NCBI GenBank assembly: GCA_965112735.1
Contig: OZ218955.1
Span: forward strand, 1,798,001 to 1,862,000
Length of the DNA: 64,000 nt
Origin: Phaeosaccion multiseriatum
Taxonomy: Eukaryota > Protista > Ochrophyta, other classes
Direction: 5' to 3'
The notes beneath the pieces were generated by a model, which was given only the letters and a program-made list of their open reading frames with translations, was not told where the DNA came from and searched no databases. Made by a program: the position numbers and the translations under genes. This document shows, in pieces, positions 25,448 to 35,414 of the stretch; within the stretch, counting starts at the first letter, position 1, and every line of letters begins with the position of its first letter.

Positions 25448-26200
25448 CTCGCTCGCTATGTCTTTGCCTCTCTTCTCTGTCACTCTCTCGGGCGATGTAC
25501 AGGTCTCTCTACTTTTGTCTCTCTCTCTTATCCTTCCATGTGTCTCTCACCTGGCTATTTTACCCCCCCACCCCCCCCCCCCCCTTGTCTTTCCCCGGCG
25601 TAGGCTCTCCACGATCGAAAACGCCGACCGAGTTGTCGTCCTCAAGGTTTGTCTGTGGCGCCGGGCTCATTGTTGTCGGTCCTTCGTGTGTAGCCTCACT
25701 CGGGCAAGCTGTCACCACCTTATCGGGCTTTCTTCACCACTTCGTCGTGGCTGACTGACTGCCTGACTGACCGACTGTGTCTTTCTCTAATCTTTATCTT
25801 GCCGGGCCCTGTGTGAGCACCGCACCATGATGGTTAACTCTTGATGTCTCTTGACTCTTGTCTCTGAACTATCTCTTGACCCTTGACTCTTGATGCCTCT
25901 CTTGCTCACCTTCACACCGACTTCCGCGTTGCTTTGGATGTATCCACATACACGCACACACCCACACGCACGCACGCACACACACACGCACGCCTCACAC
26001 CTTCCTCTCGTCTCTCGCGTGTGTGTGGCCGGTGTGGTGTGGTGTTTCACCAACTGCTGTGCTATGGTGTTTGATGTTTTTGTGTGGTGTCTCAGGACGG
26101 TCGAGCCGTCGAGGACGGTCCCCCTTCCGTGCTTTTAAGGAAGGGCGGCTTGTTTGCGGAGCTCTACAGACAGAGCACCAAGCGAGCCGTCGTGGGATAG
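18888..26200 (+). CDS. ABC transporter subfamily B half-transporter (TAP/ABCB26-27-like) with N-terminal signal/targeting peptide
   Basis: Many short exons. TMD: LFTGLRG-like [50 protein letters not shown]: YFSYPSRP, Walker [11 protein letters not shown]-loop VSQEPQLF, signature [15 protein letters not shown], Walker [14 protein letters not shown]-loop IAHRLST. TAG at 26198-26200. Confidence 0.93.
23863..24019. repeat. (GAT)n/(GAG)n trinucleotide microsatellite in an ABC intron
   Basis: Lies between the donor at ~23756 and the acceptor at ~24129. Confidence 0.9.
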
Positions 26201-27364
26201 ATAGGAGTGAAGCGAGAGGGCGAGGACCGACCTCTGGAGGCTCTCTATGGTGTCTCCCTCTCTCCCTTCCCCTTTGGGCTCAGCCACAGGGGGAGACTTT
26301 TGCCCATCCGCACTCCGTTGGGAGGGCGAAGCGGAGCCCTCCGGTGAGGGGTGTCAGGACTGGAATACACCAACATACCCACCCACGACCGAGTGAGCGA
26401 GCGAGTACCTCGGGAGGTGCAGGGTGGCAGTCAGTCAGTCCACAACAGAGAGAGCAGCAGCATAAAGGTCATGGACCCAGAAAGCTTTTGTGTCCTTACA
26501 CCCGGACGCCCGCCTGTGTAACCGCCGCCCGCGCTCCTTGGCCGCGGCTGGATGAATTGACTTGCTGCCCCTTCCAACAAGTGCCCGCCACAGTGCGCTC
26601 GGTCGGTCGCGCGGCGTCCTCGATGCTTTGCCAACAGCCCGAGATGAGAAGAAGACAATGTACTCGAGCACTTGCTTGTCGGAGGACGTCTTCGGGAGTC
26701 GGGGCGGGGCAGGGCGGCGCTGGACAGCGCTGAACAGGAGGGGGGGCTTTCGAACTAACGGATTGGGTGCACGGCTACGGGTGGACAGTGGAGGTTACTT
26801 GAGGATAGCAAGTGATGTGAAAGAAGGGGGGGGTCGGAGGGATGGAGACTTCTCCCTCTCCCCTCCACTCTTTTGGTGGTGGCGGACTACGGTAGCTGGC
26901 AGACGGGCTGTGGCTGGACGGCGAGTAGGACGGACCGACCAACAGTAGAGACGAGACATATCGACGAACAAGACACTCTATGGAGAGCGAGCTAGAGAGA
27001 GGGAGAGTGTGTGTGTGAGAGACAGAGAGACAGTGTGTGAGAGAGTGAGGGAGTGCGAGAGAGAGCGAGAGCGACAAAGCGCCGCGGTCAGCCAAGCCTA
27101 GTGCGGGCAAGGTCAAGAATGACGGGCAGCGCTCTCTTCCCCCTTTCTTCTGGAGTCCTATGTGTCACTCAAGAGGCAGGCAGCACTTGGATACTTCGTT
27201 CGTGTGATACCAAGATAAAAAAAAACTTGGGATGTGTATGGATTTCGATCACACAATGTAAAGCATAGTTTGTGCTCTACTATACTGGTCTCATACTCTC
27301 ATCCCATCTCATAAATATCACTGAACTATCGAGGCCCTCCTCATCTCATATATCACTCACTGAT

Positions 27365-28684
27365 CTATCGAGACCCTCTGGCCATGTTCACAAAGCCTTG
27401 CGCCTCGCGTTGCTTGATCTCCACCTTGTTTATCAATGCACGACACATAAACTGCTTCCTTAGCAGCTGGCGAATCTCTTTGACGAAGTCCGAACACGAC
27501 ATCTTTTGATCCCCCTCCTGCACTAGTATGGCCTGATCAAGATAGTACAGCGTGTCTTCATAGCTGTGATCTTCCGCCACAAGCCGCAGCAGTTGGTCGG
27601 ACAGAGGGTCCGACGCCTCCACCAGACCAATCGCATCGATGGACTCCGCCCCCTTGTGTTCTGCCAGCCACTTGTCCAGATCTTTATTGGTCTTCTGCAC
27701 GTCTTTGATGGCCTTGGCAAGGTCCTTCTTCTCCGCTTCCCCCTGCTCGGCCCTCTCCTTGAGGAGAGCGGCCCCACACTCCAGGTCGTACTGCGTGTCG
27801 AACTCGGCGTCGATCTGCGTACCTATATTCCTGTACTTTACCTGCAGCTCCTGCTGCAGCTTGGCGGTCAGGGCCTCTACGGCCTCTGTCTTGGGATCTC
27901 TCAAGTTCTCGTGCTGCTGCTGCTGCTGTTGCTGCATCGCCCCCCCCCCGCCGCCGCCCGCTGCGCCTGCTCCTGCTCCTCCTCCTGCACCGGTACCCAC
28001 TCGACTTGGTGAGTCACTCCGCTTGGCGTACACTGGCGGCTCCCCCCCGAAGATTTTCGACACTTGCGCACAAAGATTGACGAGATTGCTGGTTGCCCCT
28101 TGCCACTCGTGCAGGTAGGGCAGATAAACCACGCCCGCGTTATCCACATGCTTGTGCCCTGGCTTGAGTGCCATGCCTGGCGTAGGCCTCACATATACCA
28201 TGGGCGGGGCGAGCGGGTACTGCTCTGTGACGAAGATCTCCACAGGTATATTGTACTGGGCGCCTCGATAGAACATGGCCACTGTCCCCCTCAGCATTAG
28301 CAAAACGCACTCCGTCCCGTTATTCAAAATGAGGCTACCTCTCAGCGGGGTCAGCGTCCCCACTTGCCTCGTGACTGCCATCACGTCAGCCTTTGTTCTA
28401 TTTACATCCTGCGTGAAGGGAGGGGCGCGGGGGAGGGGCGAAGCGGGTAGCGGGTGAGCAGGGTGGGATGAGGCAGGCCTTCCTTCTCATACACGCTAAG
28501 AATCCTCCTTCTCTCTCTCTCTCTCCATGCATTTGTTTCTCCCTACCACAGTATCGGTGTGCCAAAAACGGTCTTTCGGGGACTGAAGAGCACCGAGTTA
28601 GTTCCTTGCCCTTTGTGCAAGCCTTCAACTCACCATATAGTTGGGGAATTGTGCCATCAACTCGGTCATGTTGATCTGAGGCAT
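27365..28684 (-). CDS. VPS23: ESCRT-I subunit TSG101/Vps23 (UEV domain, coiled coil, steadiness box)
   Basis: Exon 1 28634-28684 (MPQINMTELMAQFPNYM) plus exon 2 27365-28408: GTVAMFYRGAQYNIPVEIFVTEQYPLAPPMVYVRPT...HVDNAGVVYLPYLHEW, C-terminal EDHSYEDTLYYL...FVKEIRQLLRKQFMCRAL. Confidence 0.95.
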
Positions 28685-29000
28685 CTTGCCGGCCCCCCGA
28701 AGACCTCAAACGGGGCCGTCCGGCGAGACGCTCTTGAGCCTGTACCGCGCTGTCAATTCCTTTTTTCTGTAATCATCATCATCTGCAGAGTATAACGCGT
28801 CACACCAGTCCCTTTCCTTCGTCCCTCCTTCCCAGCAATAGGCAGATGCTAGAGGGAGAGAAGAGGCAGAGAGAGAAGAAGAGAGGGGAGGAGAGAAGAG
28901 AGAAAGTTCGGGAGCTGTCTTAAGGTGCCATCCCTAGAGGTGCATCGGATGGCACTTCAAGGTTTTTTTGTCGCCCGCCCTTTAATTTTAAAAAGACGCG

Positions 29001-31199
29001 ATGCAAGCCACCTCTTGCTTGCTCCTCCTCCTGTCCCCCGGGATCGGCTCATCCTTTTCTACAACCAGTACTACCAGCAAAGCAAGCGCATTCATTCCCA
29101 CAGGAGGAAGTGTTATTTCAACGCCTTGGGCGGCCGGCATGCGCCGCCACTGGAGCTGTGCGGGGCGTCTGCTTCTGCCCGCGCCAGCGACAAGCCGAGC
29201 ACAGTCGGCTTTAGGAGTATTATCCTCTGTAGCAGCAGCAAACCCTTCTTCTCAAGCGGCAGCAGCAGCAGCAGCAGCAGGAGGAGGAGCAGCGGGCGAT
29301 CGAAGACAGAGTCGAGCCCCTCTCTTTAGAGGGGGTCTCGCTGGAAGTATGAGCATGAGCACCGCAAATCCCTCCAGCAGGTGGACGCTTCGGGGCGATT
29401 ACGTGGATATTAAGTCCACTTCCAACCCGAGGGTAGCATTCTTCAGGTCAGGTCTTGACGACAAGGCACGAAGGGTTGTATGCGAGGGGTGGGCGAAAAA
29501 GTGTACAGACAGTTTACTTACATGCAAGCCTTTGTCCCAACCGCTGCCATAATATGACGTGTGCGTGGGCAGGTCGCTGCACAAGCGGAAGGTGCGCGAC
29601 GCGGAGGGGCTAGTGCTTATCGAGGGGCGGCGGCTCGTCAAGGACGCCATCGACGCAGGGTACCTCCCAGAGATGGTTCTCGTATCCCCAGAGGTAGGAG
29701 GGTGTGGTAGTGGTGGATAGGAAGGAGGGAGAAGGAGCGAGCAGGCTCGAGAGTTTCCTGTTCTTTGTTTCTCCATCGTCGTGGGGAGAAGTCACGAAAA
29801 CGCGCTGGGAACAAGTTTGCTCTTGCTGTCGGTGTTGGGTGGTTCGACTTGCCCGTCTCTCGCCCATAGAAAGCGGCCCACGTCCCTTCCTGTCCCTCCC
29901 TTCTACCCGCCTTTCCCAGGCCCTTCACGCCCCTGGCTCCGGCCTAGAGCTGCGACTCCTGCTCCAGTCTCTGCCCGAAGAGTCCGTCATGGTAGCGTCG
30001 GCAGATGTCGTGGCCCGGTGCTGCGATACGGTGTCGCCGCAGGGGGTGGTGGCGGCGTGCCCCCGGGGGGCCGCGGGGCTGCCCAAGGTCATCAATACTC
30101 TTCTCGTGTGCGATGGTATCCAGGACCCAGGTGGGTTGGGTGTGGGTGGGTAGTGTGTGTGCGTTCGTGATTCACTCTTAACTGCCCACCCTTCTTCGCT
30201 CCGTGAAGCGGTTCAGTCGTTGCGATCGTATCGTTCTTGTGCCTTGTACACAAGCACCGCTCACTCCTTCCTCTGTCTTTCTCCAATGTATCTTGCTCAC
30301 TTTCCCCGACCCTCCCACCCTTGAATGTCTCCACTCCCACTCTCCTCCCCCACACACCTCCAGGGAATCTTGGCACGCTCATCCGCTCTGCCGCGGCTCT
30401 CGGTGTGGACGCGGTGCTTCTGAGTGGGGCATGTGCCGACTTGTGGGGCCCAAAGACGTTAAGGGCCACCATGGGCGCCGCCTTTCGCATTCCCAGTCTG
30501 GCCGTGAGAGACTGGGACCAAGCCCGCGAGGAGCTGCAGGTGGGTAGGAAGCAAAAGTGTGGTTACCCTCTGTGGCGACGACGACATGCTCTGCCATTTG
30601 TTAGTGGTGAATTCGGAGGTGCCCACCGAAGGGTGTGCGCTCTCTCCATCCCTCCCTCTCTTCTCTCCCCCATCTCCCCCACCTCTCCCTCTTCCTCTCT
30701 CTCTGTGTGTGTGTGCGCGTATATATGTTATTTGTGGCTTCTCTCTCTCTCGTCGCTATGTCCGTCTTGACATCCGCGCGCACTCCAAAGGCTCTCGCCG
30801 GGTACATGCCCATACACCTTCACAGCCCCACCGACTCAAGTCTCCCCGGTCCTTTTGTCCCCTCTCCACCCTCCTCTCTCGCTTTGTGTGTCTTCTCTCC
30901 CGTCTCCCGCTCAGGAGCTGAACCTCAAGGTGTACGCCGCCGAGACCTCCGCCCCAGTACCGTACTACAACGTGGACTGGGCAGGCCCCCCCAGCGCCCT
31001 CATTGTGGGCTCCGAAGCAAGTGGCCTGGGCCCTGGTGCCGCTGCTGACGTCTTGGAGGGAAGGGTAACGGGTGTGTCCATCCCTCAGACGGAGGGGGCG
31101 GAGTCACTCAACGCGGCTGTGGCGGGGACGATTGTGCTGGCCGAGGCTCAGCGGCAGCGGATATTGCAAGGGGAGAGAGGGGAGGAGGGCGGCTTGTGA
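29001..31199 (+). CDS. SpoU/TrmH-family RNA 2'-O-methyltransferase, probably organelle (plastid) targeted
   Basis: Five exons: IKSTSNPRV...LIEGRRLVKDA, SPQGVVA, DGIQDPGNLGTLIRSAAA, WGPKTLRATMGA, LIVGSEASGL, IPQTEGAESLNAAVAG. The N-terminus is hydrophobic and followed by ASAFIP. Confidence 0.92.
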
Positions 31200-32406
31200 G
31201 CCGAAAGCTCTCCAGCTCCGAGCCCTCAACGGCCGCTTGTCTATACTGTAGTTGATTTTTTTTTTTTGGAGGTGAGAATTACTACTGAGTACAAAACTAT
31301 TCTGGCTTTAAAAGAGGGAGACCAACTTTTTTTTTGCCGCATCCCCTTCCTCTTGCGAGCTCGATCTCTTGAAACGGAAACCGTGGAACTTATAGAAAAT
31401 AAAAGTACATCTTCCAGAGCAGCGGCAAGGCCAAGGGTCGCTCAGCAGGGGCGCGGAGATTCCGCGAGGGGTGTGGCCCTAGCAAGCAGGCCGTATTCGC
31501 CTATCCACACCTACTTGAATGTACAAAGTCAAACAATTACATTTTACAGTTTGATAAAAGGAGGGAGGTGCGCTTCAACCCCCTCTATCTCTATCCTCCT
31601 CTTCTCCTGCTGGCGGCATTAACACAGCAGTCACCGATGCTGCCCAAGAGCTCGAGCTGTCGGCACTTTGCTTTCTCCGCCCCCCTTGTTGCTGTAGCTC
31701 AAAGCCAACGACTGTTTGGTCCAAGCCAACATTCAAGCAAGCACGTGGCTCGCGTACGTTCTTTTCTCCCCATGGTCAGAGGATGAGTTGGAGGGGAGGA
31801 CCGCTCTGGAAGGCACCCGCAGCAGCAGCAGCAGCAGCAGCAGCAGTCTTCTCCTCTCCACCCCCGTCTTCCACACTGTCTTGCTCGTCGCGAATGCCAT
31901 CACACACTGGAGCAGCCGCAACAGCAGCAGCAATTGGCATGGCGCGGATGTCGCCACCCACTACTCATCGTAGGCCGGCACTAACACCCCCTCCCTCTCT
32001 GTGTGCTGAAGGACGCTCGCCAAGAGGTGGCACGCTTTCCACCGACTGCCGGCGTGTGGTGGGATGGCCGTCGGAGCGCATCACACCAGAAAGAGAGCAC
32101 CGCTGAGACAGCACTTTCTCCTCTCCACCAATGCCTCCACCTCCAAGGCCTTCCTCCTCACACACCTTTTCTCCCCCCTCCCTCCTGGGTGGCATTGGTG
32201 TGCCTGCCCATTTTCCTTCTTCTCTCCTCCCTACCCTCTCGCACACTGCATTCATGCGCAGAGGCGCTCGAAGGTGTCTGTCTACACTGCGTGTCCTACG
32301 CGGCCTCAGCGGGGGGCGCAAGCTCCAACGCCTCGGTGCACTCGTCACAAGAACGTATCCGCTCTCAGGCTGTGCTCTCTGCCCAGCGCACATGCGCACA
32401 CACGCG

Positions 32407-32485
<79 letters not shown>

Positions 32486-32959
32486 CCTCCGCTCATGCGT
32501 GTGACACAAAGCTCCGTGTGTCCCTCATGCTTTCAGGATGCCTGTTGCCATCATCCCCTGTTGCTGCTGCTCACCATCTCCAACTCCTGCAACTATCTCT
32601 TCTGCCTCCACGGTCTCCTCCTGCAGTCCTACAGGGTTGGCCGTGGCCGCTGCGGTTGGTGCAGAGAGGTGTGGGTCCTGGCTGGCCTGGTCCGAGCCCG
32701 CCCTAACCCTTCCGCTCCACCCCAAGGGACTAGAAGAGTGGCCTTTTTTGTTCCTACTCGAGGTCAATCGATGGTTTGACGGCAGCAGAAAGCCTCCGTC
32801 CCTCAACATCAAGGGGCGACCTGTAACTCATTTCTTCTGCCCCATCCCCCCTTCTATCGTTCCCTCCCCTGTATCCCTCAAAACTGGCTGGCACAAGCGA
32901 GTGCGTCGGCAGAGCTAACAACTAATCGTCCAGTAGGAGGGGCGGAGTCCTCCTTGATC

Positions 32960-33309
32960 CTACCAGCTATCCACCGTCCACCGGGCAACCCCGAGTCCGG
33001 CAAAGAGGATGCTCAGGCCTCCTGCAAAGACGCGGCTCCCCACCTGAAGAGTAGAAGAAAGCATGAGGGTAAGATGTACGTGAAAGGCGAGAGGGGAACT
33101 CAAGCTACAGAGGGAAGGAAAGGATGGACAAGGGGAGAGAGGGTGGGAGAGCGAGGAGCGCTGACCTGGTGTTTGGGCATGCCGTGATACTGGAGCAGCG
33201 TGTAGGCGGAGACGCCCAGCATGGTTCCAGATCCAATCAGCTTGCAAGAGAGGCAATCCTGGCGGGCTTCGTCTTTTTGGCTTTGCGGCTTCTCCTCCGT
33301 CTGGTTCAT
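32960..33309 (-). CDS. Small two-TM protein, DUF4536/DMAC1(TMEM261)-like
   Basis: Exons 33166-33309 and 32960-33043: DCLSCKLIGSGTMLGVSAYTLL...VFAGGLSILFAGLGVARW; the CxxC + two-TM pattern is typical of the family. Confidence 0.78.
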
Positions 33310-33489
33310 AATCGCGAGCTGCACCGGGAGAGAATCGAGCGAGCGAGGATGGAGCGAGTCGAGCGCGAGGGTTGATGGTACACGGAAAGTTCACAGCTGG
33401 CACGCGGACGGATCCTTTTTCTTTTTTGTTGCTGAGTCATTGTCCCACATCGCTTTCCTCTTCATAGCCTCGTCTCTGTGTCTCTTAGA

Positions 33490-34499
33490 ATGGTCGCTGG
33501 CCTTGCAGTGGGACTCTCCGTTTTAGCTGTACTTGTGGGCTGCACTATCTTATCGAATACTACGCACTCGCTCACGTTTGAGATGGGGAACTCGGGATCA
33601 GTCAAGTCTCCGGTACAGGCGATGTCTCGCGCATTGGTGAGCAGCACAAGACGCAGCACTCTCCCTCTCTCACGCCTCCTCTCTGCTCCTAACTACGCCC
33701 TCTCTCTCTTCTCTTGTTCTCCTCCCCTGCCTTCTCCTCCAGTCCATGGAGAAGTTCTGCGAGAAGCCCTGGTATGTAATCGGGAACATTCCCACCCCCT
33801 TTGAAACTGGCGCGCACAATGCGATGGAGACGTACACGTATACCGAGGGCGACAAGCACCCAATCACGGTGGACTTTACCTTCAAGAAGGGCTCTTTTGA
33901 GGGGAAGGAGGTGAAGATGAAGCAGCGGGGGTGGATTGAGAACAAAGAGACCAAGGCCGAGTGGCGAGTGCAGCCCAAGCTGGGCTTCTTCTACTTGCCC
34001 GTCCGGCTGCCGTACTTGGTGATGGATGTTGCAGAAGACTACAGGTGAGTGGGCCAAGCTGTAGCCTCCTTGGTCTGTGGTCTGGCTGGTCTGCCTCTCT
34101 TGTCTCTCTCTCTCTCTTGGCATGTCTGTCTACCCATTTCTCTTCGTCTTGGCCGGTCTGTTTGCTGTGCATCTATCTGTGTACTTGTCTTTCCGTCCTT
34201 TCCGTCTGTCGCTCCATCTCTGTCAGCCAAGACTCTTGCTCGAGCCCTGCCCGCACTGCTGGCTGGTTGCCCATCCTGCGCATGCCTCTCACCCTCATGC
34301 GGTACCCCACCCCTTGTCCCCCCTCTATTGCCCTTTGCACAGCTACACTATCATCGGGTACCCAGACAGAAGCTACCTGTGGATCATGGCACGCCAGCCC
34401 ACGCTGCCCGAGGAGACGTACACTAAGCTCGTGGACTTTTGCGTGGAGAACGGATACGACAGCTCCAAGATCAGGAAGGTGCCGCAGAAGGAGGCCTAA
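33490..34499 (+). CDS. Lipocalin, bacterial Blc/ApoD-like
   Basis: Exons 33490-33636, 33743-34044, 34343-34499: SCR1-like MEKFCEKPWYVIGNIPTPFE, DYSYTIIGYPDRSYLWIMARQPTL, GYDSSKIRKVPQ. Confidence 0.92.
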
Positions 34500-35058
34500 G
34501 AATAGTGCCGAGAAGCGAAGCGGATGGAGGAGGGACAAGGAGAAGGAGAAGCTGAGCGGCTCTATGCTCCCTAAGCATAGATGAGCGTGACCAGCGGGCG
34601 GCTCGAGCCGAGCGTGAACACGATGCCCCACCAACAGCGTACCACCAACACAAGTGGGCGGGAGCACTTGAGCACAAGCTGTGCGAAGGGTCGGGCGAGT
34701 GGCTCGTGTCGGGGTGGCCCGGGGGACCGACTGCTCGCCGCCCCTTGTAAATAGTTTTAATTTTTGATTTTTAAGTAGTGCCTTTCGCTCTTTTCCAAGA
34801 CCCCGACAAGTGTCCTTTCCAAAGAAACAGTGATGCTTGCCGCCACTCTTGTCGTTGGATCCAAACTCAGCGGCTTGGTCGTCGTAGAGGTGAGGAGCGC
34901 CATCTTCTCAGCTCCCGGGGTCCCGGGGTCCCGTGGGAGCCCGTGTGAGGATGGTGTGAGCTGTGTGCAGGGCAAAGGTGGTCCGTGAGCTCCTTTCCCC
35001 CCACTGAAAAACGACCGCGAGGTACCACCACCTTCGCCACCGAGACCCACGCACCCAC

Positions 35059-35294
35059 TCGACCCCTGACACACTATCGCCCACATTCTCGATAGCGCGC
35101 TATCGCCCCCCCCGGGGGCCGATAGCGGATAGCGTGCCGGCTGGCGCCGGCCGATAGCGGATAGCGCGCCGGCTGGCGGATAGCACGCCCCAACAACCCC
35201 CCCCCCCCCCAAAGCCGGCTGACGCTGCCGATAGCGGATAGCGCGCCGGCTGGCGCCGGCGATAGCGGATAGCGGATAGTGTGTCAGGGGTCGA
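35059..35294. mobile_element. MITE-like non-autonomous DNA transposon (~236 bp)
   Basis: Perfect 20-bp terminal inverted repeat TCGACCCCTGACACACTATC / GATAGTGTGTCAGGGGTCGA, flanked by direct ACCCAC on both sides, with about 11 internal GATAGC-type motifs. Confidence 0.8.
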
Positions 35295-35414
35295 ACCCAC
35301 GCTCGACTCGGCCTATAAGTCAATAAAATCCCTACTATTGAAACGCAAACTGTAGGACGATCCAGGCCAGAGAGAGAAAGGGAGTTTTTCGGACCTTTTT
35401 GTGGAGGGTGAAGG

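Noticed and set aside
34757-34903. Short minus-strand ORF MALLTSTTTKPL... that would restore strand alternation
   Set aside because: Only 48 aa, with no recognisable motif or splice support.
35091-35281. GATAGCG repeat array as a CRISPR array
   Set aside because: Units are 7 bp with irregular, self-similar spacers, enclosed by TIRs, in a eukaryotic context with no cas genes.
35071-35282. CACTA...TAGTG inside the TIR suggesting a CACTA element
   Set aside because: The inverted repeat extends 12 bp further out, and the bases flanking CACTA/TAGTG are inverted rather than a 3-bp direct duplication.
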